Assembly (NCBI GenBank): GCA_026770705.1 | Contig: JANJGN010000007.1 | Span: forward strand, 109,740,001 to 109,804,000 | Length of the DNA stretch: 64,000 nucleotides | Direction of reading: 5' to 3' | Origin: Isurus oxyrinchus | Taxonomy: Eukaryota | In this document: in pieces, positions 38,693 through 51,290 of the stretch | Numbering within the stretch: the stretch's first letter is position 1 | Layout: each line of letters opens with the position of its first letter | Translations under genes and position numbers: made by a program | Notes under the pieces: generated by a model | Databases searched by the model: none | What the model saw: only the letters and a program-made list of their open reading frames with translations | What the model was told of the DNA's origin: nothing

Positions 38693-39109
38693 GTGAGACA
38701 CCCCCTTTATTACGAGAACGCAGTGTCACTTTGCAGATCATATTTTTGCAATAAATAGGAGATATAAATGAATGCTCTTTGATCGTGGACATTTGGATCG
38801 CAATTCATACGTTGAAAGATTTTATCCTGGGAAATAGCTGATTCACAGTTTCGACGATTATTACTCCAGACTAGCAGTATCTTGCGAGAGAAAAGACCTC
38901 ACCTGTCCACTCTGGAGTAGCAATGTTGCGAAGATATTTGGGGAGTTACCATGTTGTGGGGAAATGGCGGAAGTGTTGTAAAAGAACCAATATAAGATTT
39001 CACTAGAAGAGGCAGGAAGACGAAATATTTCTCAGTTATTTAAAAGAGAGTAAAATGCCAGCCGTCTCGATAACAGGATAATGATTTCTTTAATTATTGT
39101 TTAAAAAAA

Positions 39110-39556
39110 GGAAAGATTTACATTAGTATCCTACACGGTAACCAGACTTTCCAGAGCCCTTTGCAGTCAACTTTGAAGAATGGTCATTGTTTTGATTAGG
39201 AAGTGTCACTGCAAACGTACGCACAGCAAATCTCCAAATTAGCAACGTGATTATGATCAGATATCCTGTTTTTTTTTGGTGATTTAGTGATTGATTTGGT
39301 TAGGACACTGGAGATAACGCCTCTACTTTCTTCAAAATACTACCATGTGATCTTTGACATTCACCCAAGGGGGCAGATGAAACCTAGGTTCAACATTGCA
39401 TCGGGATGACATCAAGTCACAATGCAGCACTCGTTCAGTGCAACACTGGAATATCAATCTAGATTGGTGGTGCTCAAGTCCTGGAGTGGGACTTGAACAC
39501 GCAACCTTCTCACGCAGTTTTCAGAGTGCCAACAACTGAAAAATTGCTGACACTCA
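39110..39556 (-). mobile_element. Deu-domain (SacSINE1/AmnSINE-like) SINE
   Basis: Reverse complement: tRNA-like head gagtgtcagc...gttcaagtcccactcc, then cagtgttgcactga...gtgctgcattg and aagatcacatggtagtatttt core; related copies at about 10.4, 11.9, 21.3 and 48.1 kb. Confidence 0.65.
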
Positions 39557-40744
39557 AATTAATATAAATATGAAAGATATGGGAAAACTGAGGGGAGAGC
39601 ATATCGAGGTCTTTGAAATTATGAAAGGTTTTGATTTGGGAGATCCAATGAAAATGTGTCCGCTTTTGATCGAACCCAAAACTGGAGGCCAGAAATAATC
39701 AGTCACAAATGAATCCAATAGGTAATTCATGAGAAGATTCTACAGCCAATAAGTGGTAAGAAGGTGGAGCACGGGAGAGAAAGCGGAAATTGAGGAGAAT
39801 AGATTAGATACATTTAAACGGGAACTTTCAAATGAATTTGAAGCAGAACGAAATGTACAGATGGGAGTACAAGAGGAGGGCTGGGAGGAGCATAAATGTT
39901 AGCATATATAAGTTGAGCCCAATAGCCTTTTCCTGTGCTGTAGACTATTTAAACATTCTTGTTCTGTTATGACAGGCATTGCTGTGTACTGGCAACCTGT
40001 ATTGGACTCTTAGATGCTATACCTACAGAATATTTGCCTTCTTTCAGTATCTATACCTTGCCCATTTCTGGTCCTGATAACTTACATTTTCAGCCTCCAT
40101 TTCTTGCTGTTGTCTTTTATGTTCAGCCTTTGACATTACCTCTCTGACTTGAACTCTTTTCTAACATTATAGACATTTCTCCAGCAGTTGGAGGCTGACA
40201 AAAGAGGATCTTGCTTTGCCTGAATAGATAAATCTAAACAGTGCGCAGCACAACCAAGTTTTATCTATTCACAACAATCTCAAAACAGAACTTGGGTAAA
40301 ATTTTAGTGCAACATAAATGCACCAACAATCCTCTAAAGTTGTTCGAGTCAAGTCAGCAAAACAGTCCAATAGGCTCTCTTCCTGTAAGAATGCGTGTAT
40401 ATAACATATAAATAACATGCTGGTATGCAGGCTAATGCAATAGAATGAATTACCATTTGTGATGGTATTTAGAAATTCTTATATAAATATAACATTTATA
40501 TTTAATAAAATAAAGGTATATATCTTATGTAGATCGTTGATCTCACATGGAATTGCTTTTAAAGAAGATTATGAAAAATATTGTTTTTCCATTTTTCCAA
40601 TGTGGGTATCAGTGTGAGAGAGCAGAGGGACAGCACTGAAAGGGTAGGTTAGATGAAAGATTCCTGTGATAAAAAAGGCTTTTTTTTTTGTATAAATCAT
40701 TACTATCCAGTGACCTGTTTCTCTACTTTTCCCTGTGTACTTTA

Positions 40745-43200
40745 AGAAGGTTCATGAAAGGCAATCAGGACAGTTTGCTGAAAAAGCATAGTAATGAACC
40801 AGCTCCAGAACAAGCTATTTTAGATCTAGTATTGTGTAATAGGACAGAGTTAATCAGTAACTTCATGGTAAAGGGTCCTCTCGCAAAGTGTGATCTTATA
40901 GAATTCCATATTGAGTTTGAAAGTAATGGGATCACACCCAGTGGGTTTGCAGGTCTTTAAACAAAGCCAATTGTGCAGGTACGAGTGGCTAGTTAGCTAA
41001 AGTAGAGTGGACATCAGTTTAAAAGATATGATACTAGATTAGCAATGGTAATCATTTAAAAAAATATTCCATTGTTTTCAACAAATATAAATTCGCTTGA
41101 GAAACAAAATCTCCACTAGAAAAGGGGTTGAAAAGTAACTAGAGAAGTTAAGAATAGTATTAGATTAAAAGAAAAGCCTTACGGTGTTGCCAGGTTTGCG
41201 GAGATAAACAGAGATTGATGGAGAGAGAAAGTAAAATATGAAAGTAAACAAGTAACAAATATGATTTAAGCACATGAAAAGGAAGAGATTAGCAAAAACA
41301 AACATGGCTCCCTTACAGACAGTGATAGGAGACATTATAATTAAGAAGAAAAAAATTAGCAGACACATCAATTTGTATATGCCTTCTCAGTAGAAGACAC
41401 AAGAGCATACCAGAAATAATGGGGAATGGTGGGACTGATGAGTGTGAGGAATTTGAAAGCCTCCACCCTTTGTAAATTAGCCAGCAGCATGGGGTGTCTA
41501 TAGTTCCCTGATGTTTTCTTCATGGCAATGCCATGACTAGTCAGAGTCAACTTGCCAGCCAATCAGCACCCCTTTTCTCCTGTAGTATACTTTGCTGTGA
41601 TCGTTTGAAATTTGGCATTCTTGCATTTGTTCTGATGAGTACAAAATGAAAGGTTATGGCAACATGTCTCTGTTTTCAGCAAAATTCAATCTCTGTACTA
41701 CGAAGAATCTGTAATTAATATTAGTGAAGAGAAAGTCTTGGAAAATTAATGGGATGAATTGCTGACAGATCCCATGGAGCTGTTGGCCTACACACTACAC
41801 TTTAAAATAGGTGACTGCAGAGATAGTGGATGCATTGGTTTTGATCTTCAAGAATTCCCTAGTGCATTCTCTGTGGATTAAAAACTAGCAAATGTAATCC
41901 CACTGTTCCAGAAATGAGAAGGAAAGAAAATAGGGAATTATAGACATGTTAGCCTGACATCAAATTTATTATTAGGGACATTGTAACAGAGTACTTGGAA
42001 AATCATTATATTATTTGGCAGAATCAGCATGGTTTTATGAAAGGGAAATCATTTAGGTAAATCTATTGAAGTATTTTTGAGGATGTAACTGAAAGGGTAA
42101 ACGAGGGAGAACCAGTATTTATAGTATATTTGGCTTTTTAGAAGTCATTCAATCAGTTGCCACACAAGAGGTCATTACACAAAATTAGGGGGTGGGTTTG
42201 GAAATACTATTATAACAGGGATTTAGGACTGGTTGCTGAACAAAAAAGTGACAAGGATTAATTGGGCCATTTTCAGATTAGCAGGGTGCAATTTATGGAG
42301 TGCAACAAGGGTCAGTGCTTGAGCCTCAGCCATTTACAATCTATTTCCGCTACTCGGATAGGAGAACCAAGTATAACATATCCAGGTTTGTTTGGGACAG
42401 AAAGCTAGATGAATTGATAAATTGTGAGGACAATGCGAAGAGGCAACAAAGGAATATAGATCAGTTACATGATTGCACAAAAACATAGCAGATGGTGCAC
42501 AATAAGTTATCCACGTTTGTAGGAAGAATTAAAAAGCAGAATACTTTTTCGAAAAGCGATAAAACTAGTAAATATTAGGATTCAAAGGAATTTTGTGTTT
42601 TTGTACATGAATCGCTGAAAATTAAGATGCGGGTACAGCAGACAATTAGGAAGGAAAGTTGTATGTTAGAATATATTGCAAGGGAATTTCAATTGTAAGC
42701 TGCTTTGCTGCAATTGTGGTGAGCTTTACTGAGACCACATCTGGAGTAATCTGTACAGTTTTGGTCTCCTAACCTAAGGCAAGATATACTTGTCGTCGAG
42801 GAGGTGCAATAAAAGTTCAATAGATTGATTCCTGGAATGAGAGGTCTGTTCTTTGATCAGAGATTGAGTATACTGGGTCTATATTCTCTGAAGTTTGGAA
42901 GAATCACAGGTGACTTCATTGAAACTAATAAGATTATTTTGTTTGACAAGCTTGATGCTGAGAGGTTGTTTTTGCTTACGTGAGAATCAGAGCTTGGAAT
43001 ATTGACTCGGAGTTAAAGGCTAGTCCTTTAGTACTGGGAAGAGGAGAAAATGCTTTGCTCAAATAGTTGTGACTCTTGAGAACTTTCTATCCCAGAGGGC
43101 TGTAGATCCCCAATCATTGAGTATATTCAAGGCTAAGATTGATAGATTTTTAAGCACTAAGCGAATCAAAGAACATGGGGTAAGGTAGGAAAGTGGAACT
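40745..43200 (+). mobile_element. Degenerate CR1 LINE, with a short element inserted at about 41460-41710
   Basis: AILDLVLCN, cagcatggttttatgaaagggaaatc (QHGFMKGKS), QQGSVLEPQPFTIY. Confidence 0.88.
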
Positions 43201-43340
43201 GAGCTGAAGAAGCGTCATACAGACTCGAAACGTTAGCTCTGTTTCTCTCTCCACAGATGCTGCCAGATCTGCTGAGTTTTTCCAGCATTTTCTGTTTTTT
43301 GTTTCAGATTTCTAGCATCTGCAGCATTTTGCTTTCATCC
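43201..43340 (+). mobile_element. Penelope-type 3' tail with canonical hammerhead core
   Basis: CTGAAGA-AGCGTC ATAC AGACTC-GAAA-CGTT followed by ctctgtttctctctccacagatgctgccag...tttccagc tail. Confidence 0.65.
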
Positions 43341-44776
43341 AGTGTTCTTATGTTGACCAAGAGTAAAACTGTTTAAGGATGCTGTCGTTCCTTGTAGACA
43401 GTATGGACAAATTCTATAGTGTTAAGAGGATCCATCGTGCACCAGACATAAAAATATTCAGGTGCTACAAAATAATTAAAGAATGACATAAAAAAAATGA
43501 TGAAAGTCAACTTCAGCTAGGGGCAAATGAGGTGGCTGCTGAACGTCTGTCCACTTTTCATCCTATCCGATTTATCATCTGGTGCGTGATAAGTGGTTAA
43601 TCTACTACCCATTTTGCGCCAACACCGAAGTTGAATTTCAAGCCAGAATTGAAGGAGCACAGGGATCTCAGAGGGTTGTTGGGCTGGAGGAGCTTGCAAC
43701 GATAGAGCAAAGTAACGGACGGAGAGATGAGATTTTTTATCTCGAAGGATAACCAGATCAACGAAAAATATCAACATCAGGCAATAGAGCAGTTTCCCAA
43801 CCCGAATACTGAGTCCCTGCATAACACGTCTCAACTAAGATGTAAAACTCAAGCAAAGAAACTCCCTCAAAAAGGCTTCATGACGACTCGTAAGCCTTGC
43901 ATAGCACATGTTAGAAGCGAAGTAAAGCACCCTCAAATGTCATCAACATTCCAATCATCATAGAACATTCGTTCTGAGCAACGTTTCTAATTCCCCCCAC
44001 AGAATCAGCCCTGCAACATTTCTGAATGAAACTGGCAAAAACTGCTTTCACAAGGCAAAGGAGCATTTCATTCTGCAAGTAAGAGTGCCCAATTTCAAAC
44101 AATAACTGGACAGCTATCTACCTCATTGCGTTCCCCTTAGTGTTCCTTCAGGTAACAGTTTGGCATTCAATTTCAAATTTATAGTTTCAGTTAATCTGAA
44201 CCTTGTGGCTCAGCTGAGACCAGACCTGAATAACAACTTCACCAGTGTTAAAGTCTGAATTAAAAACTATCGTTGTCATTTAGAAGTAGTATTAATCAAT
44301 GGTGAGACAAGTGGAACAACAAGGTTTCTATGAGACCAGAACAGCAACACGGAACCAACAGAATTTTGTCTGGACTGTCATTAGCCATCAATTAACGTGG
44401 GAGCATAGGAATTTCTAGACAAAAAATGGCCAAGTTCCATTTAGTCTCTCTTCTACCATGTTGATTCAGTATCCTAGGTTTAAACAGAGTTCGCGCATTG
44501 GTTTAAGATTAAGAGTTAGCTTGATAGAGTTTATGTTAGTTTGTTAGGGTTCACGGTTGCTGTCAGGAGTTGGGCTAGTGGTTGGAGTTAAAGATTTGGG
44601 GTTAGAAACCGCTATTTACATGGTTATAAAGATGTAGACAGGGTAATTCAAGGCACATCGCTACGGAATGTCACCAGCCTCTGACACATTTCTTCCCTGG
44701 CCTTGTGTAAACTAACATATCCGAACTACCTGAAGTCCTTGGTTTAGTTGCGTTCATTCGACTTCCACCATCTGGC

Positions 44777-47475
44777 ATGCTTCCATGTATATTGATCCTG
44801 GGGATGGCACACACAGGTACTTTAATAGTTACTAGGTAATGATAAGAGCAATATCTGTACAGTGATATTATTTGATGAGTTTATTCATCTCCATTTATGG
44901 TTATTATAGTTTATCAATCTTTTTATCCCCGTTTCTACCTTTATTTATATATATAATGAGATGTTTATTTTTATGTTTATATTGGCTGTCTGATAGTTGT
45001 TGCGGATTCCAAAATCGTCCAAATCCCGCCACTCACAGTTGCACTCAAAGGGACAAACATTACTCTCAACTGCATATTCCCACTCTTTCAAGAGTAATCA
45101 GAGGTAACGGTTCACTGGTGGCGACATGGTGGAAACGGGTTCTTGGGCCACGTAGTAACGACCAAGGAATAGTATAAGCTTTTGAGAAAAGGGGGAGCCG
45201 TCCTCCATGTTTTGAATGTGAGCTTCAAAGATTCTGGCCGCTATTACTGTTCCGTGTACTGTGGGGGAAGAATGTTTGGGAATGGAACCGGCTCAGAGCT
45301 CCTTGTGTCTGGTGAGTCCCCGTTCCAATCGGTACAGGTGTTAGTTGTGCAATGAGTATTTGCTAAAATAGCAAAGAGGTAGAGAAGGGTGCCGGAATGG
45401 GATGCAGGTTTGGGGTTTGTATCCAGTGCCAGCATCAAGACACTTTGGAGGTGACATCGTCGATTTACGGGGAAGCGTTTCTGCCTGTGTTCTGGGCAAT
45501 ACTGTTTCCCTGAAGAGTACAAGAAAGAAAATCTTCCTCCTTCAGTGACAATGGGTAGAACCTGACTTTGCGGCTCTTTGCGGCGCTGTCCAGAACAGTT
45601 GACAGCAAGTTGGTGATTCCAACTTCAATCGGAATAAATGTCGGGGCAGATGTAAAAGGGGCTGCCCGCTGACACTAGTCCGGTTTCCATTACCACACAA
45701 AGTCAATGTGTGCTAGATACGGCCTGGTATCGGTATGGAAGATCCCCTCTCGTTGTTTTTAGTCAAATATTTGCTCAAAGTTCCTACATGTTTACTGGAA
45801 GCATCAAACATAACGAATTTCTGTTGTGGTGAAAGTAGGACTTGTCACTCCAATGTTGTTCAAAATTGACATGCAGTTTTGTTCTCGAGGTATTAAGTCT
45901 TTTGGAGCAACTTTATGATTTTATTAGAAGCAAACCCACAAAGGACACACTTACAATGCCTCTGCACATAGTGACAACAGAAACCCTTCATTGCGGTTCC
46001 TCGCAACACGATACGGGTGATTTTCCCATTCATCTCCTAGAACCCCGGCTTCCCTTGGATTCCTGCGGCTCTTTGGCGGAATTAAGGCGAACCAGGGAGA
46101 TCATGATGTTTGGAAACAAATGAACTATATTAAAATATTGAACTTAATAAGCCTCTGACGGGAATACCTAAAAAGGTGAAATATCCTTTCAGATAGAGTG
46201 TTGCAAGCAGAATCTATGATTTTTTTTTTAGAAGGGGAACCGGATGAATATGTCAATCTGACTAGCTGGATTGCTGTGTCAGAGAGGGGCCAGAACACTG
46301 AGCCAAATGGATTCCTGCTGCATTGTAAAGCTTTATGAGTCTATAACCATAAAACCATGATTCGATAACCAGGAGGCGCAGATTTAAGCTAATTAACAAA
46401 AGAGTACCGGGGGAAAGTGGGAGAAAGAGATTTGCACGGCAGGTCCTATGATGTGCAAGTCACAACCTGATAGCAAGCCGAATAAATAGTAATTTTCAAG
46501 AGGGTGTTGCGTATATACTTAAAATGGAAACTTTTGGCAGGGCTATGGATAGCCTCCTGACCTCTGTGACGCTCCCATATATATCACTTCTTTCTCCGTT
46601 AAGGGCTCCATGTAATTTCTAGCTTCATGTTTGCTACTATTTGAAAATGTAGGAATTAAAAACGTTCCAATGAAGCACAGATTTAAACCTACCCGTCCTA
46701 AATTCGTATTATCAACAGAAATACAGTAATCATTAATATTTCAATCAATAAATAATGTTCTTTTTCTCCTAAGTTCGGCCAACGCCTCTGACGATCGGCT
46801 TGCTTGAGTCTAAATTCCGTCCGTCGACTGCCCTGACTCTTCAGTGTAACACGGCTAAGTTTTACCCCGAAGATCTCAGTTTGACTTGGTATCCGAACGA
46901 TGCGAAAATTGTAACTGGGATCAATACTACGAAACAGCGAACAGCGGTGGGAGTGTATGAGGTGTTCAGCACTTTAAATCATGCGGGGCCATCCCGTAGC
47001 GCAGCTGTACATAGCTGTCAAGTGTCTCATCTTTCCCTTCAGACTCCCGCCAAAATCAATTACAGCTTTGATGGTACCGCTGATTCATTCTTTTCAGAAA
47101 GGTTCGCTCAGAAAACTTTTATCGTTTTACCTAAGACACGGACACGTGTAAGCATTTGATGCCTCTGCATTCGTTTATTGCATTGAGGATTCATTGTTCA
47201 GGCTGTGAATTGTTTCATTTGTGGACATCTTATTTTGAATATTTTAAAACATATATTAAATTCCCTTTACAGGATTACATGATCCTGTCTATCTCTGGGT
47301 TTTCTTGCTCGTCGAATTGATATTAATGCATGTTGACCTTATACCGCCGTTACTCATTTGCAGGCGATAACGACGTTAAACAATTGTTGGTGTCTCGACA
47401 TTTATTGGGTATATTGATAATAATGGTGCTTATGATCATTGTTGGGAATTAATTTAAGCTGAGGTACTGTCAAAT
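44777..47475 (+). pseudogene. VJ-C1 receptor paralogue 3 (pseudogene): leader 44777-44816, V 44997-45311, C1 46774-47073, TM from 47364
   Basis: MLPCILILGMAHT|; V GTNITLNCIFPLFQE*SEVTVHWW..DSGRYYCSVYCGGRMFGNGTGSELLVS with stops at 45095 and 45170; open C1 LQCNTAKFYPEDLSLTW..HSCQVSHLSLQTP; TM LLVSRHLLGILIIMVLMIIVGN* (stop 47450). Confidence 0.9.
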
Positions 47476-48139
47476 GAAAGACGCACCATTATTACCAGAG
47501 CGCATCAGCGCTTTACAAACCGCGCTGTAGGTCAGTGTTCACCTATAGGAGGTGAAAATGAATAGTCTTTGAAGTTGGATATTCGGACTACAATTTGCAC
47601 ATTGAAAGTAATAGGATGTTATCGCAGAGCAATAGTGGGCATAGAGCTCCCTCGATTATACCTTCAGGCCAACAAAGCCTCTCAGAGGACAACGATTCTC
47701 TCTGGTTACCCTTGGTTAGCAACGTTGTAATGATATTTGGATAGTTTCTATGCTCCAGGGAAATAGAGCACACGGTTTTAAAGGAAGAGGTATGCCTTGG
47801 TATCGTTTAAGACGGGGATAAGGAGGACTTTCTTCTCTCAAAGGGTAGATGCTCTTTATAATTCTGTTCCACAAAGGCCAGCGGAGTTAAGGCCACAATC
47901 AAATCACCATGACCTTACTAGATGGAGGAACAAGCTCGATGGGCCAAATGGCCTACTCCTATTCCTATTTCTTATAACCTTATTTTCTTACAAGTGATTT
48001 AAAATAAAGCATTTAAGATTTCACCAGATATAGCAAACAGAGGAATATATGGGGTACCAGTTATTAAATGACCGCAAAAATCTAATCACTGGTTATGAGG
48101 CCAATTATTTCTTTCAAAACCATTTCAAAAAGAAAAAAT

Positions 48140-48595
48140 ACATCTATATACCACCTTTAATGGCCACTTAAAAGCTCAAAGCATTTTAAAGCCAATGAAG
48201 TACTTTTGAATTGTAGTCTTTGCTGTAATGTAGAGAACAAAGCAGCCAACTTGCCCAGAGCGAATTGCCATAAACAACAATCTGATAATGACCAGGTGAT
48301 CTGTTTTCCTGATTTTGATTGAATGATAAATATTGGCCAGGTCACCAGAGCTGAATCGCCTGCTCTTCTTCTAAATCGTGCTATGGCTTCTTTTACTTCC
48401 GCTTGAAAGGACAGACAGTACCTCGGCTAAATATCTCATATCTAAAGACAGCACTTTCGACAGTGCAGCACTCCCTCGGTAATGCACTTTGTGTCAGCCT
48501 TGATTTTTGTGCTCAAGGCCGGGAATGGAACTTGCACCCACAACCTTCTAAACCAGGGGTAATAGAACGACCAAACGAGCCAAGGCTGACACTCT
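48140..48595 (-). mobile_element. Deu-domain SINE
   Basis: Reverse complement gagtgtcagccttggctc...gagggagtgctgcactgtcgaaagtgctgtctttagatatgag...ctggccaatatttatc. Confidence 0.65.
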
Positions 48596-48766
48596 TAGTT
48601 AGAAAGGAGGAAGTTTTTTTTTCCCTGATGCTTGTTTGGGGTCATTGTAAATCCGTTTTTTTGTTAAATAGCGTTTGTGATTTGGCTGGAGTCAGCGCAG
48701 CGTACCTTCCTTTTCATAATGCATTACTCATTATGTATTGTGTTCACCTGTTTTGTTTTTCCTTAG

Positions 48767-48792
48767 GTTTTTTCTACAAATTGAGGAACTCA
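48767..48792 (+). pseudogene. Possible short cytoplasmic exon of paralogue 3 (GFFYKLRNS)
   Basis: ttttgtttttccttag|GT...TCA|GTAAGC, phase 1 to 0 like exon 5 of gene 1. Confidence 0.3.
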
Positions 48793-51202
48793 GTAAGCTT
48801 TTCAGAACCACATTCTACTTTAAGGCCGGTGTGCCGAAAACATGTGTCCCCCAAGGAGAATAGAATCAATCTCCCAGATGTCTGGTTATTGATAAACTCA
48901 GAGTAGATTACATTGGTTCCAATAGTTGGGTTGGAGACTGATTTAACCATGTTTACGGATAAAATGAAGTTTGCTGATCACCCTGCCATTGTTACAGACT
49001 GGAGATAACCTGAGAAACTAGTTAAAGGTTGAAACAATTGTATATTTATGGTTAAATATAACAATAAGTAATAGTTGTGTTGTCAAAGGCTATATTTAGG
49101 GAGTGGGAAGATCTCATATTCCATATTGGACTATACTGAAAGGGCTGTTTTCTGCAAGTGGGGCAGTATGATCTAATTTTGATGTTCTTGTCTAGGGAGG
49201 GTGAAATCAGCCATGTCAGACGCTGAATGCCTGTACGGTTGTCACTCCCATGGAAAGACTTCATGTGTGGAGCTCAGGAAGTGTTTCACTGTGATGTTCC
49301 CTCCAACTGAGAGCCAAATCCTGCTCACACTTAGAGATAGAAATTAGCTTTGTACAATATCAAGTTTTGGGCCAAATCGAATCGGTGGCTCGTTTTTGCT
49401 CTGTCTGATTTGCTTTTTTCATTGAAGAAAATGGAAAAACATATCAGACGGAATTCAAAAACAATTCGTTATTGCCAGTACTGCATTGTTGCCCGGGATA
49501 AACATAGACCTCTTACCAATTAGGCTTAGCCTTGAACGTTCGTCAGTTGAGTGAGATAACAGAAAGTGTACTACCAACATAGAAGGGAAGTTTATCAGCA
49601 CGTATGGAAGAGGACGGGTAAAATTGGTGGGGTTGGGAGTTTGTAATAATCATTCAAAGTAATCAATAAATCAATCCACTGCCAGTATTGAATGTAGTAC
49701 TTTTTTAGCAAGTCCTGCAGCAAACAACTGTCCAGAACATGACAAATTGTAAGGAAGATTTCACTGTCTCCAAGAAAATTGTGAAACAGGTATTCTGTGC
49801 AGGGTATGACTCTCAAGCCCCAATATGTGATGGGGGTAGATTTTGACTTGTTGAGATAGCGGAGAATGGGTGATAGAGAATTGGCAGTGCCTTTTACATA
49901 TCTCCCAAGTTTTAGTTCAGTGGGAGTGGGAACAAAAATCAATATGATTACGAGGAATGTAATGCGGGCTGCCACCTCACTGTCTTCCATCTTACACTGT
50001 CTCCAAAAGTCAAGATTTGGTCCCATGCTCCCTATAGTATTACATACCCAGATACAAGAATTATACTGTCAGCGTCCACTGGCTCCAGCACAACCATTAC
50101 AATTTTGATTTCATCCATACACGCTCATTTGTTTTTTTTTGCTGGGTTTTGCAGCCGAAATTCTGATTAAACCCACAGAAATATATATTTAATAATGATA
50201 GGATCCAACGAAAATGTCCGTCGTAATTGAATTGATTTTTTAATAAAGCAAAGCGGGGTAGTTCTTGTAAAACGCTGACAGTTTGTTTACAAACTATATG
50301 TCTCCTCATTGAAGTCAATCTGGTGTACGATAGGTCCGATGTGCAATAACACTGGCAGCTGCCTTGTTGTCAGTCGTTTTGCAATGTAGCACAAAGTCAA
50401 TATCAGCCTCATTTTCTCCTCAAAAATGAGTTTACTATGACTAGCATTGGCCTATTTAACAAAAATGAACTTCTAATGATATAATTGGAGACACCAGAAA
50501 CTTGGAGCACGGTTCTGTTTAAATTACCACTTGTAGTATACCATGTATTGACAGTATTACTTTCATCATGAAGGCTAGATCTTCAGTTTACCACCTAGGG
50601 GTAAAACCGATATTGCGAATCAGCCGTTGGTAATAGAAACCGTTTGGGAAGCATGTGGAAAATCTAACCCACATCGCGTACTGCCAGCTTTTTGTTGGAA
50701 TGGGCGATTTCTGTTTGTACCATCACAGAATCTATTTAATAAAAGATTTTCGTGCAATCTATCTAAACAAAGTGATTATTTCAATTAGGCCTTTTGTATC
50801 AGCGGTAAGATTATAGGAAATAAAAATGTTTTTCTTTAAAATTCAGCAGTGTACAGGCTCCATTTTACCCTTGGACGCTGTTTTGAGCTGGGTGATATTG
50901 AATTAGTCACGCCGGATTTTCATCTCCAGTGAAGTAAATGAAAATTGGGACACCCAATTGAATATCGCCCATCTTACACCCTGTCCAAAGTTAAAACTAC
51001 CCCAGGCATTCTTTAATTTGATTTTTTATTAATATTCCTTAGGCCACTAGTTTCATTAATAGGAAGACTAATAGATTCTCAGGGCACTCTCCTCTCAGGG
51101 CCCGAACTCTTTGATGACTTTATCATATGATACTTCTTTTTTTTAGAAAAATAATAAAATTGGTCTTCATTGGGGGACATGTTTAGTGACTTCCCATGTT
51201 AC

Positions 51203-51290
51203 CTGGGCTGTCGCTCACATGAAAGGTCCGAATAAAGGAGCGCTGAATTCGCCCTACTGGTCCTCCTCATCTGAGCAGTTGTAGCAGTTT
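51203..51290 (-). pseudogene. ITIM exon remnant (LLYSDL at 51223-51240), NCR3-like gene copy B
   Basis: Paralogue of 1607-1694; donor CAG|GTAAC retained. Confidence 0.5.

Noticed and set aside
49595-50026. 143-aa ORF with a hydrophobic stretch
   Set aside because: No recognisable domain or splice context; lies in the probable 3' UTR region of the - strand gene.
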